The notes: generated from the sequence alone by a model not told the origin. Shown: positions 37,753 to 49,889, counted from the first letter of the stretch. The stretch: 64,000 nucleotides of DNA from Anolis carolinensis (GCF_035594765.1 NC_085841.1:226083326-226147325); one strand, 5' to 3'. Numbers and translations are program-made.

Positions 37753-38161
37753 AATTAAGGTATCCGTTTTTAAGTGTGTATACCTTTTTTGGGGCACCCT
37801 GTTAAGAGCAAGTTAAGATGGAAAAGTGGGACTCTTAATACAGGAGGATTAAAGGCATAATAATCTATCCACACTGACATTTCTATGCAGTTTCAAACCA
37901 GTATTGTAAGGGGGGAAATGCAGAAAATCCTGGAACAAATCCTGGAAGAGGAGGGAATTGCACCAACCGCAGAACCTGTTCCGTGTTAAGGAGTTTGCTG
38001 GAGTTCTCAGGAGTTTGTAGGAAGCTGCATGTAAAGGATCAGCATAGATTGGGAGGAGGGGAGGGGACTTGATCTCCCCTCCATGCAATCAGGATAGAGG
38101 GGTCCCGGTTCTCCCCATTTGCATTGATCAACTAACCTGGCTTCCCGGCTGTATGCGGCTG

Positions 38162-38307
38162 ATTGCTGTAGGTTTTTCGGGCTGTACGGCCATGTTCCAG
38201 AGGCACTCTCTCCCGACGTTTCACCCACATCTATGGCAGGCATCCTCAGAGGCTGAGGTCTGTTGGAGACTGGAGAAGAACCTACAGCCTGAAAAACCTA
38301 CAACAAT
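38162..38307 (-). mobile_element. Penelope-like pLTR remnant with 25-bp inverted ends
   Basis: ATTGCTGTAGGTTTTTCGGGCTGTA vs TACAGCCTGAAAAACCTACAACAAT; homologous to the element at 8335. Confidence 0.85.
38211..38252 (-). ncRNA. Minimal type I hammerhead ribozyme motif (Penelope pLTR)
   Basis: Minus strand CCU-CUGAGGA-U-GCCUGC-cauagau-GUGGGU-GAAAC-GUC-GGG: core boxes, 6-pair stem II, palindromic ACGU stem III. Confidence 0.75.
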
Positions 38308-38404
38308 GCTTTTGGGTTGGAAAGATTAGCTGTTTATAGGAACTATTGCCCAGGGATGTCCGACTGGATTTACTCAGTCTTCAAGGAGGCTCCTTTCGTG
38401 TTCC

Positions 38405-39386
38405 CCTAAATATCTTGGTGTTCATATTTCCATCCTAAATATCTTGGTGTCACCTTGGATTGAACACTAACATTTAGGAAACACTGTATGAAAACCAAGC
38501 ACAAAGATGCTGTACGCAATGACATCCTGTGGAAACATATTGGCAGTGCATGGGGTGCAGACCCAAAATTAATAAGAACATCAGCCCTGGCCTTGTCTTA
38601 CTCAACTGCTGAGTATGCCTGTTCTGTCTGACACAAGTCTGTCCACATGAAGCAGGTGAACATAGCATAGCATAGTTTTATTGGCATTGAATCTTGCCCC
38701 CTTGGGTGATAAAGGCGGGATAGAAATGATGTAAATAATAAATAAATAAATAAATTGAATGAAACCTGTAGAATAATCACAGAATGCCTTAAACCTACAC
38801 CTGTTGATAAACTCTGCAAAGTAGCTGGCATTGCCACCCCCCTCCGATGTGCGATGGGAAGTTGCTGCTAACTGTGAGAGAAATAAGATTGAACACTGTG
38901 AAAGCCATCCAATGCATGGCTATCAGACTCCTCCCAGTAGACTCAACTCAAGGAAAAGCTTCATGAGAACCACCACTTCTCTAAATGTTCCTCCAGCAAC
39001 AGCAAGAGTCTGGGCAGCTAAACCAGGCAATCCCATCTGGATGGTTCCCATGAGGGTTTTCCTTCAGGGGCAAACCAAGAATGGGAAACTTGGAAGTCCC
39101 TGAACAGACTCAGAAGCAGAGTTGACAGATCAAAAGATAACCTGGCAAGCTGGCACTCACTGGAGGAATCCTCCACCTTGTGTGACTGTGGAGCAGAACA
39201 AACAACTCCGCATATGTATGCTTGCCCACAGTGCCCTGCCTCATGCACGGAGGAAGAGTTGTTTAAAGCTATACAGACAATGAGGTCGCTGTTGCCCGCT
39301 TTCGGTCTAAAATTATTTAGCTGCTTGTGATCTCTTATTTATTAAACTTATTTATTATGCAATGCTTTTTACATGAAATAAATAAA
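38405..39386 (+). mobile_element. Vingi (Ingi-related) LINE, 5'-truncated and frameshifted
   Basis: PKYLGVTLD, AWGADPK, STAEYAC, PPSRLNSRKSF, WKSLNRLRS and CDCGAEQT..H motifs; (AAAT) tail. Confidence 0.88.
38670..38755 (+). mobile_element. Short L2-type 3' tail inserted in the Vingi element
   Basis: GGGTGATAAAGGCGGGATAGAAAT followed by (TAAA)n, interrupting the Vingi IA|LNETCRII coding stretch. Confidence 0.7.
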
Positions 39387-40329
39387 AGGTTATTAAGAAT
39401 CAGGAAAATTTTTCAAGAATTCTGGGTTAGCACTCTCTGTCTCTTTCAGCCTAATTTCTTCAGCAGATCTGATAGTTCTCCCCTTTCTCTCTCTCTCTTT
39501 TTTTGAAGCTTTTACATTCTTTTCTTTTGTGTAAAAAAAAAAAGGCCTGCACAATATTTAAGCTTCTCTAAGCACCCCTGTGGGGATATCCAGAGAGAAA
39601 AGAGGCTTGGGCATGAGCCAAGAGTGTTTCCCCTGGCTGCTGTTTGCAATTGCCTATTGCTCAGTCAGCAGGGTGCTTAGATTTATTGGGTGTGAAGTTG
39701 TTCATTATGGTTTTACCTTTAGAAGCCTTTATCAAAGGATGACTATATATTGGGTTTGTGCAATGCAAAGCAACACCCCCTAAACTAAAAAAGGCTTGTA
39801 TATTTTTTAACCCCTCCTTTACAAAAAAGCAAACTGAGGCAAAAAAATGTGGTCCTCTGGCAAAGATAATGCTTTAATGAAGTTTACGGATGGAGAGCAC
39901 AGAGTTTTATTCAAATGTGACCTTTTTTAGAAATCAAAGCCTTAGCAAAGAAGACTTAAATGGCACTTTATTACCCTGGTGTCTGCTAGTCTTGCCATAT
40001 TTTAGAGTCTGTCAGCAGTTCCATTATAAACCTTCAGGGATTTGTAATTTAGTTCAATGATAAAAAAGTGTTCTGCATTGGAACATGTAACCTACAAAAG
40101 CTGTCTTCTGGTCACTTTATTCTTTCAAGTCCCATGGCTTATTCTGCATTTAGCCCTTTCAAGTCCCAGTCCTAGAACAACTCAGATAAAAACAACAAAA
40201 ACTCTTGAGGGCTTATTTAAACCAAAATGATTAAACTCCATGTTTAATAAGAGTTGGATAATTACCTAATTGAACACTCATTGTTAATTTACAACAAAAT
40301 CACATCTGAGCTGATCTTACATAGTGGTT

Positions 40330-40540
40330 TGTAGCTGTTGTGTGCTTTCAAGTCATTTACAACATATGGGGATCCTAAGGTGACCCTGTCATGGGATTTT
40401 CCTTTCCAGAACTTTTTGTTGCCATCTTCTGAGGCTGAGAGAGTGAGATTTGGCCAAGGTCACCCAGTGGGTTTTTTTTTTGGCTGAGCAGGGATTGGAG
40501 CCCAAGTGTCCTATGCTGAAACTACTTCACCATGCTGGCT
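40330..40540 (-). mobile_element. Old tRNA-head/RTE-tail SINE
   Basis: Reverse complement of the family at 55600 and 62200 (GTGCTTTCAAGTCA...CACCATGCTGGCTC). Confidence 0.7.
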
Positions 40541-40686
40541 CACTCATCTTACATAGGGAAGGTGGTAATATAATGCTGAGGGTACTACATTATTTTTAAA
40601 TATTTTGTTTGCTTTTAGCTTGCTTTATACTGCAGTTGTAAGCAGAAATTAGAACTTGAAAAAGAGAAAACCAGACAGTCTGTGTA

Positions 40687-42775
40687 TGATGACCGTGACC
40701 CCGGCTTTCAAATTGATTTGAACCCGCAGCGGAGAGTTCCGCAGATTCATCACCAAAAGGAACGGAGCGGGACCGCAGCAGACTATTATTAAAAGATCTT
40801 TTTTTCTTCACTTTCCCCTTCCCTGAACTATGTAACAAATCCCCCCAATAAAAGTAGCATTCATTTTTAACAGTAACACTCTCTATCTGGTTATTTTGTG
40901 TCTCTCTCTGACTCCTTCTTTTGCACGCAAACCCCCCCCCCTTCTCTCTCTCTAACCCGTCCGATCTTTAAACCCTGGCGGAGGCTTCGCCCGCCATAGG
41001 TTAATACGGCGGGCGATACAAATTGGCTCATATCTTTATCAAAATTACCCCTAGCACACTCCTCTTTTAGTCCTAACCCTTTCTAAGGCTCCTGACTCGA
41101 GGACCACCAACGGAACCAAAATAGGTCCAGTTCTCGGCACCTCATCAGCTGACTGTCAAACGGAACCGACTGCTCCTTTCAAGCCAGACTGCTCTCTTCC
41201 AGTCTTATCCCGGACTTTCCTCTCCCCGCGACCCGCGGGATGGTTTTAGGAGATCCCTGGTCCCTTTCTGCGAACTGGGGATGGGGGATCGCTCTCCCGC
41301 TGGGGAGACATAGTTCTCCAAGGACCTTCACCCTCTCTACAGCTGCCAGGAGGGTGCCTGGTCGGGCGCCCTCCACGTTTCATTTACACCTTCATAATTT
41401 TATGAATGAGAAGAACACCCTTCCCCGGACCTACTCCTGAACTTATGAAATCTTATACTTCCAAAGACTGCAACCCACATGTGCCTCTTCCCCATGCCAT
41501 CTCTATGAATTCCTTCCACCACAGATGAACTCTTTTTCCTCATGTATCCGTGAATTTTCATATTCTATGTACCTGGACACCCTCATGAATCACTGTTGTA
41601 TGAATTTCTAATCGTTGGGCTAACTTCATGAATTGTGAGATCATGCTGCTAGAACTCCACTTCTATGAATTTCCATATTGGGTTCCCCAGATGTTGTGAA
41701 CTTCGTTCTTATCAAATGTTTTCAATTGTTTATATCATTCATGATTCCCCTTTATGCAATGTAACCCACCTCTATGGATTCTCCCTTATTTCCTTGAAAT
41801 CTATCTATCTGCCTATATGTATTTGTACTCTTTGGGATCCCCGGAAAATATGTATTTTTCCCAGCTGGGTTTATATTCCAACTTTATTTTATTTTTCATT
41901 TTATTTCATATAATTGCCAAGTCATGAAATCAAATAGGGAATATTTCGAACTCAACTTGAACCCCAGAACCTGCCCCATTTTCTATGACCCAGGCTTACC
42001 CTCCCAAAAACAAAAGGTTAATCCGCTGCCGCTTAACCCAATCAAATTCAGACTGCATGGACAATATAGGGCTTGAGTCACCAAATTCGGAGTATTGACC
42101 TAAAGGTGATTCGCCCTCAAAGCAAACATTGTCATATCTCCTCCAAAAGAAAATCCAGGACACCTCAGGAAGGCGCCCTGCTGAGCCCATCACCACCCAT
42201 CCCTACTTCCACCTCTGACACCCCAAGGCATATCTGAAATCTGTATACGTGACAGGAACCCTTGATTGCTGTCATTAATCCCTTTAGAATTCGGCCGGGC
42301 AGGAATTAATCCGATCCTTCCTGCTCAGTCACTTCATTGTTTCAATAACTCCCGCCTTCTCCTCCCTGATTGGCTCGAGTGGGGACAAAAAGCAGCTCCC
42401 TATTGGGCCAGCAGAGCAAGGCGGGAAACGAAAGCCCGCCTCGTTCAACCCTCTAGCCTATCCGCGATCAGATGGGCGGGGGAGCGGGGCGGGAAATTCA
42501 AGGGGCTGTCAGACTGAAACATTGTATAAATATGGCTTTATTTTGGTTATATGGTACCCTAGTAGACTGAATGATCACTACTAGAGTCCTTTTCAGCTGA
42601 ATCGCTCAATAAAGACTCCTTGGCGGATTTTCCTTCAACTTTGGCGGACCTTCTTCATTTCGGCTTCAGGTTGTATTGCGGCTCATATTTTCCTATTGGC
42701 TCCGCCAAGGTCCGTTCTCTCAGGACCGGATCGGGACTCTCCTTAAGGGCCCGATCCCCTAAAGCGCGGTCAACA
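40687..42775 (+). mobile_element. Long LTR-like element (about 2.1 kb), CpG-rich, non-coding
   Basis: TG...CA ends with 11-bp imperfect inverted repeat (TGATGACCGTG / CGCGGTCAACA); ATTGG at 42369 and 42402, GC boxes at 42474 and 42487, TATAAAT at 42525, AATAAA at 42608; no matching TSD. Confidence 0.55.
42360..42615 (+). promoter_or_regulatory. LTR-type Pol II promoter and poly(A) module
   Basis: Two inverted CCAAT boxes, two GGGCGG, a TATA box and a downstream AATAAA, in U3-R order. Confidence 0.55.
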
Positions 42776-42913
42776 ACATTTATATGTTTCCAGTGAAGCA
42801 CAGGAAGCTGCCTTACTATGAACTGGATTACTGGTCTCCTGTTTGAGTATGGTTGGCAGCACCAAGTGTTCTCAGATCATTTAGTCTTCTTAGTTCTAGT
42901 TGTAGTCCTAAAC

Positions 42914-43048
42914 CAGTGGTTCTCAACCTGTGGGTCCCCAGATGTTTTTGCCTTCAACTCCCAGAAATCCTAACATCTGGTAAACTGGCTGGGATTTCTG
43001 GGGGTTGTAGGCTAAAACACCTGGGGACCCACAGGTTGAGAACCACTG
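42914..43048. mobile_element. hAT (Charlie/Buster-type) palindromic MITE
   Basis: Perfect TIR CAGTGGTTCTCAACCTGTGGGTCCCCAG; TSD TCCTAAAC/CCCTAAAC. Confidence 0.92.
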
Positions 43049-43185
43049 CCCTAAACCATTCCACCATATTGGCTCTCTTTATCCATGCATTTTCAGAAAT
43101 AAATAAAAAAAATGTAATCTTCCATTATATAAAAAATAAATTTTGACTTGCATTCTCTCATATTTAAATGCATCAAGTGCATTCA

Positions 43186-43332
43186 GGCTGGATCTACATT
43201 GCCATATAATCCAGTATCTATTCCCCGATTATCTGCTTTGAACTGAATTATATGCATCTATGCTGCCATATAACCCAGTTCAAAGAAGATCTGGGATCAG
43301 ATACTGGATTATATGGCAGTGTAGAAGGGGTC
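43186..43332. mobile_element. Harbinger-like MITE, single copy of the family arrayed at 37268
   Basis: GGCTGGATCTACATTGCC...GGCAGTGTAGAAGGGGTC; TCA TSD at 43183-43185 and 43333-43335. Confidence 0.85.
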
Positions 43333-44204
43333 TCAGAACATAAGTGATATTGTGACCAATTGATATTATTGTATTTCCAAATATGATCCAAACCTATTTC
43401 TTGTATGCCTGGTCACACTGCTGAAAGTACTACATACTATTTATTTTTTCTGTCCAAATTATTTCTTTTGGCAAGACGGAAGAGGATAGAATGAGAGATG
43501 AGGAAGCATAACAAAAGTGGGAGAAAGTAAACAGGTGCTGCGCTAGTTCAGGGACATAATTTTGGCAAGTTGTGTCAGTTTACAATAAATGTATTTGCTT
43601 TTGAATATCCTAATTTACAGAATATGAAGACTGAATACAGAGGTGGCAGTAACGGGCAGGGAGACAGATTGTATATTTTCCTCTCAGACGTTTATAACTC
43701 TAATCATGACAAATAATTTTTTACAACTCTTTAAAATTTATAGTTCATATAGTTTACATACTCTATGAAAATATTTATAATGTATAAATTATCTGTTTAT
43801 TAAATGAATGGTTTATTACTTTAGTTACAATGGCTTCTAGACTTTGGAACAATCATGACTCAACCTCTGTATTTTGGGGCAGAATTTCCTAAAGATTTCA
43901 GAAATGAGTTGCTGATATGGGCTGCAGACCTTCCCTGTGGACCATTTCCTGTTGGATTTTCAACCTAATCAGTAGTTTTGAGGTAAATCTCTTGAGCACA
44001 GGTGCAGTACATATTTATGGTATTTTCCTGTTAACTTGTTTTTCTACAGCCTCCCCCCATATCACTTCAATCTGCAGCAATTTTCTCTTTCCTCTTTCTT
44101 TTCCATTACAACATATGTTTGATTATGCATACATTTTGCTAAATAAAGCTGCTTTATATGTTTTACAAAGAAGATTAAGAATGTTTCTTTTCCCACTAGG
44201 TCCC

Positions 44205-44352
44205 NNNNNNNNNNNNNNNNNNNNNNNNNNNNNNNNNNNNNNNNNNNNNNNNNNNNNNNNNNNNNNNNNNNNNNNNNNNNNNNNNNNNNNNNNNNNNNNN
44301 NNNNNNNNNNNNNNNNNNNNNNNNNNNNNNNNNNNNNNNNNNNNNNNNNNNN
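44205..44352. other. Assembly gap (148 N)
   Basis: Run of N. Confidence 1.
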
Positions 44353-45389
44353 GAGGGAGAAAACAAAGCAAGAAAGTTAAGTAGGAAACAAGAGAAAAGA
44401 AAGAAAAGTAAAAAAAAAGGAGAAATGAGTGAGTAAAGGGAGAGGACAGGAATTCAGAATTCAGAAAGCATGGTGTGGTGGTTTGAACCTTGGAATATGG
44501 CTCTGAACCCACTGAGAGACTTTAAACAAGTCATACTTTCTCGTATGAGAGAATATGAGATTACCATTATATCTGAGATCTTGAACAAGGGTCACCTTTG
44601 CCTGCCTAAAGGTTCTAAGGTTGCATCACAGTGCAGTACAGAAATGTTCACCCCTGTTAACATTACCACATTCTGCTGCACTAAAAATACTTTGTACCTT
44701 CACAAAGTTGAGTGTTGTGCGTATATCAAGTGGTAACGATGCCAATCAAAGTTGTAACACAACAAAATGTGGGAAATCAAAGGTGGGTAATGGAAATAAA
44801 CAAGAAATCTGCAAGGCTTTGTAGTGTCATTTAATATATTTGGTCTGTCCCAAAAAGAATGAAAATGATTTAATTTTGTTATAGAACATACATGCAATTA
44901 CAGTTTATCCCCTTTGAAATATGCTCCTTGTGATAGAATACAACGATTCTAACATTGTTGCCACTCTTCATAACAGAGGAGGAAGTCTTCACTTTAGATT
45001 TATTCAAGGCCTTTGTTGCAGTTACCTGGACATTTTCAACTGTGCCAAAATGAGATGGGTTTTGAGCTTGGGGAAAGAAATCACACTTAGCCAAGTCAGG
45101 CCGGCGGGCAAGTATTCAGAAAGCAAAAAAGGATTACACACTTTGTGAATGTACCAATTGCTACAAAGGTGAAGACTCAACTGAGAAAGGGTTCCTCTCC
45201 TCCTGCCTCAACTCCCCACTTTTCTTTCCTGGCTCTTCTGTGTTGCGTAAAAAAAAAAAATCATTCTCATTACTTTTGGGGACAGACCATGTATATGTGT
45301 GTCTGCGCCTTCAGAAAGTGACCTGTTGACTTATTTTAACCCCATGGATTTCATCCAAAGGTGGTTCGTCATTGCCTTTTTCCATGCAA

Positions 45390-45719
45390 TTTGCCCCAGA
45401 CACTTATGTCCTCTGGGAAGGGTCTACTCCAGCCAACCAGAACCTTACTGGGACTGTCACCCAGAAGTGACATTTTTATAGGCTGCGCCACGACTGTGGA
45501 ATGACCAGCCAAATCAGCTGTCGGAATTTAAGGTGCAACTTAAGATTTGGGTAGGAACCTACCCAGGTTTTAATCTATGTTCTACTGTGATTCTTATATG
45601 TTTTATTGAATTGTTTATATATTGTTGTGTCTTTTACATTGTCTGTAACCACCTGGCCTTGGCCCCATGTAAGCCACCCCGAGTTCCTTCGGGGAGATGG
45701 AGGTGGGGTATAAAATAAA

Positions 45720-45782
<63 letters not shown>

Positions 45783-46281
45783 TTATTGTATGACACAGCA
45801 AACTAGATAGATATGCTGGATTTTGTTTCACAAAATCACAAGTCGAACACTTCCCAAGTGTCTAGGACTGTGTGATGTATTTTCGGATGATGCGTGCAGA
45901 TCTCAGTAGGGTAGCCTTTTGCAGTTGACAGATCGTAATTTTGTCAATGTCTATTGTTTCCAAATGCCGGCTGAGATCTTTTGGCACGGCACCCAGTGTG
46001 CCAATCACCACTGGGACCACCTGCACTGGTTTCTGCCAGAGTCTTTGAAGTTCAATCTTGAGGTCCTGATAGCGGCTGAGTTTTTCCTGTTGTTTTTCAT
46101 CAATGCGACTGTCACCTGGGATGGTGACACTAATGATCCAAACCTTTTTCCTTTCCACAACTGTGATGTCTGGTGTGTTGTGTTCCAGAACTTTGTCAGT
46201 CTGGATTCGGAAGTCCCGCAGTATCTTTGCATGCTCATTTCCCAATACTTTTGCAGGTTTGTGATCCCACCAGTTCTTTGC

Positions 46282-46344
<63 letters not shown>

Positions 46345-46500
46345 CTCTTCCAACAGGCCTACCAGTCAATTTTAACTTGTGAATTTTAACTTGCCTTTTA
46401 TCAGTAAATTTTAAAATGTACTTTACCTGTGTGTATTTGCTATATGTATTTTGATAGTAGTTTGTTTTACCTCACTGTTTTAACCATGTGGTACCCAGCC
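45390..46500 (+). mobile_element. Older L2 3' fragment split by a younger L2 tail (about 45550-45780) and a Dong element
   Basis: 45480-45548 and 46345-46400 are collinear with the uninterrupted L2 at 21120-21250; the inner L2 tail GTAAGCCACCCCGAG...AAATAAAG is followed by (TTA)n at 45721-45780. Confidence 0.7.
45781..46281 (-). mobile_element. R4/Dong-clade LINE 3' fragment encoding a restriction-like endonuclease domain
   Basis: ORF 45862-46353: DFRIQTD...HNTPDITVV...IPGDSRIDEKQQEKLSRYQDL (PD..D/E..K RLE signature); flanked by (TTA)n on both sides. Confidence 0.9.
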
Positions 46501-46830
46501 TGTGTAAGTGTGTAAGCAACTGAATTTGAACAGAGGAGATGACTTCAGCATTCTTAATATACAGTGTAAAGAAAATTATATGGACATCTGTACCATTAAA
46601 CAGTTAGGTTTTTGCAGGTGCAGATAGCTGGAGGGATCAACTATTATGAAAAGAGAAGCATTCATGGTAAATGAGGGTGGAGCATGGATACAAGTGAGTT
46701 TTGTAAGGTTTTTACTAAGAAACCATCTCTTTGGTTGGCCTCTGTTTAGTTTATCAATCAAGCGACTGAACAAATAAACAACAACATCTCCTGTTGATCA
46801 TGTTTACCTCTCTATGATATACAGAATTGA

Positions 46831-47010
46831 GGATGCATCTACACTAGAATTAATACAGTTTGACAACCACTTTAACTGTCATGGCTCAGTGCCATGGAAT
46901 CATGGGAGCTGTAGCTTTACAAGATCTTTTTCTGCCAAAATATGCTGGTAACAAACTCCAGCATTGAGCCATGGTAAGTTAAAGTGGTGTCAAACTGCAT
47001 TACTGTGTAG
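46831..47010. mobile_element. Old palindromic MITE (GGGTGCATCTACAC family)
   Basis: GGATGCATCTACACT...GTCAAACTGCATTACTGTGTAG. Confidence 0.7.
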
Positions 47011-47788
47011 TTCTAAGTCTGGAATATATATCGCATTCATTTAGAATTGCATATTATGTGCCCTTTAATTTTCATCTTTCACTTTACCATCTCTGTAGTG
47101 TTTTAACATGAGCTCCTAACTTTAATGTTAACAACAACAACAACTAAAATGCTGTGGTGATATCTTAACATCACACCAGATTTGAAAACTTTACTTGTTC
47201 ATCAGCAGTTGATAGATAGTATACAGATAAAGGTAAAATTTTGGTTGATTCTACACTGACCATATAGTTTGAACTTCATTTTATGATCAGTGTAGAACCA
47301 GCCATAGACACTGTAACCACAACAATGTCACATTCCTTCCCATGCATGCTCTTCTTACTTATCTTTAGACAGATGAAGTTAGTATGATGTATTCTTCAAA
47401 GTTGTGGTTGGCCCAATAAAGCTATCAGCTTGCATGGATTTGGGATTTTGTTGTTCTTTGTTGTGTAGCTAATGTAATTACACTGAAAAGTTATCTTTGC
47501 TATTGTCATTTTGTAAGGATTTCTTAGATAAAATGATAACATCTATGCAGGTGGTCATTCAGTGGGGGAATGAATGTGTGAGATGAAGGCAATTGAATTG
47601 GGATCTCTTACTCTGACTATGCAATTTGTTTCATTTCCATGCATACTATGTGTATACTTCTATGTACAGGTTTACACAGGTCACTAAAGCTGGATTAGTC
47701 CAGAGCATTTATGTGGCTTGACACACCTGGTCAAACCTACTGCGGTTGTGCACTGGTGTCCCCAGTGGACTGTCACTTTACTGTCCAT

Positions 47789-48143
47789 GGGCCCTTCCAG
47801 ACAGGTCCAAAAATGCAGGCCCTGTAAGGCTTTTACCTGAGGTGTCCAAATGACACCTGAAGTAAAAGCAAATTAATTCGGGACAAAGCAGGTAAATTAG
47901 ATACCTGGTAAGACCCGGATCTCCGATAAGATCCAGGCCTTACCAGGTGTGGGTCCAGTATAGATTAGGCCCGGGGATCACATCAATCTATACTGCCATC
48001 TCGGTTTTTCTGACATGATGAACCCAAAAAATGAAAGATGGGAAAGCCTATTTTGGGAGAGGGATGTACAGACTTAAACACGTCCTGAGGCGAGTTTTTT
48101 AAATCTGCTTCTGTGCGTGTTTAACTGCAGTCTGGAAGCGTCC
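47789..48143. mobile_element. Non-autonomous PIF/Harbinger-like element
   Basis: TIRs GGGCCCTTCCAGAC and GTCTGGAAGCGTCC; CAT on both flanks; homologous to 16770-16936 in inverted orientation. Confidence 0.65.
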
Positions 48144-49516
48144 CATGTCACTGCTGCTCCCAGCTAGCCACAGAGCTCTGTCTGAGTTCCTGGACATTGC
48201 AGGTGCCTCTGTTGATGTCAGAATGGGGTACCTGCATGACCAGCAACAAAATGAAGAGATGGCTCTGCTTTTTCTTGCTGGTTTCACATATGCCACATTC
48301 TAACATTAGCAGAGGGGCCTGCAACATCTCCAAGCTTGGATGGAATTTGTGGCCAATTGGGAGCGTGGTGGCCAGTTTGGAAAAACCATCAATTTTTCTT
48401 CTGCTATTATGCAATAGTGTGGTGTCTATCTGAATAGTAGGTTTGGGCTGAATCTGACCCAATCAGACTGCCATGCAGTCCTGGGTTCTTTGGAGTTTCC
48501 AACAAGCTCCAAGATATGTCCTGACTTTGTCAAAAGGGGGACAAAATAGGAACAAAACAAGATGATATTTACCGAATCTTGGTAAACATCATAAGGATAG
48601 CCAACTATAGATTTGAAGAAAATTCTTTTTTTCTTGCCCATGTAGACTTGCTTCATATGTGTGTAGAAATAGATAATATATAGATATACACATACATAGG
48701 GAAGCTCTACTACCATTTTGAGGGTTGGGAGAGAATCCAGGTTATACATAGTTCAGGTGTTTACGCATAGGGTTTACATGTTTCAACATGCAAAAAGCAG
48801 GGATGGGGCTCAGATCTGAGATCCAATTTTCCCCACCACATGTTCATTTCTACACTTAATGACTAGCTGCACAGTATTCTAGTTAAATTTACAAAACCAT
48901 CTGGTCACTTCAATAACTTGCCTTGAGCAATCTTGGTGAGTTTTTTAACAGCCCCTAAATTACTTCCTTGCTGTTTACAAGCATTTGTTTGAGAATGCTA
49001 TTAATTTTGTATTAACTTTTTCTTAAAATGAAATCCCAACATTTCTTTCTTGAGCTGGTCCATTTCAGGGTTTTGCTTTGAGAGGTAGTTTTTTTGTGAG
49101 CAAAATGGAATTCATCATAGTTTTTACTTCCTGATATAATGGAAACTTCCACTTAATAATTAATATATTTATTTTGTGGGAGAGGGCATGCATTGGCATG
49201 TGGGTGAGACTGATAAAAATGTGAGAATGTTGAAATTGAAACCAGGTTTGGGAAAATGAATCCTTTCTGACTCTGAAGGCACTTAAACTCAGCAGCTGGA
49301 ATCTGTGCAGGTTTTTATGATAATCATTTGCACAGTTTAAAGTTTGCTACAATATTAAAAGTCTGCTTTTGGGGTAGACACCCGCATTGAGTCAAGAGGC
49401 AATGTGTGAATATACATTCCCCGCCATTCTTGCAATGGCGGGAATTAAATGCTAGGAGAAAGAGATGTTTAATTTAAATACATGGATGTTTCCTGTGATT
49501 AGGAAAAGCAAAGGTA

Positions 49517-49839
49517 CAGTAGAGTCTCACTTCTCCGAGTCTCGCTTATTCAAGGTTCTGGATTATCCAAGGCATTTTTGTAGTCAATGTTTTCAATATA
49601 TCATGATATTTTGGTGCTAAATTCGTAAATACAGTAATTACAACATAATATTACTGCATATTGAACTACTTTTTCTGTCAAATTTGTTGTATAACATGAT
49701 GTTTTGGTGCTTAATTTGTAAAATCATAACCTAATTTGATGGTTAATAGGCTTTTCCTTAATCCCTCCTTATTATCCAAGATATTCACTTATCCAAGGTT
49801 CTGCCAGCCCGTTTAGCTTGGATAAGTGATACTCTACTG
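49517..49839. mobile_element. Tc1/mariner (pogo/Tigger-type) MITE
   Basis: TIRs CAGTAGAGTCTCACTT and AAGTGATACTCTACTG; TA TSD at 49515-49516 and 49840-49841. Confidence 0.9.
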
Positions 49840-49889
49840 TACCTGGATTCTGGCTTATGCATAGTATAATTTGTCCACTCATGATGCTT

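Noticed and set aside
43917-44512. ORFs spanning the gap (155 and 129 aa)
   Set aside because: Their length is an artefact of the N run.
45575-46389. Poly-Ile/Tyr/Leu ORFs (also 33549-33752, and poly-ER at 36435)
   Set aside because: These are translations of microsatellites; only the Dong endonuclease portion is meaningful.
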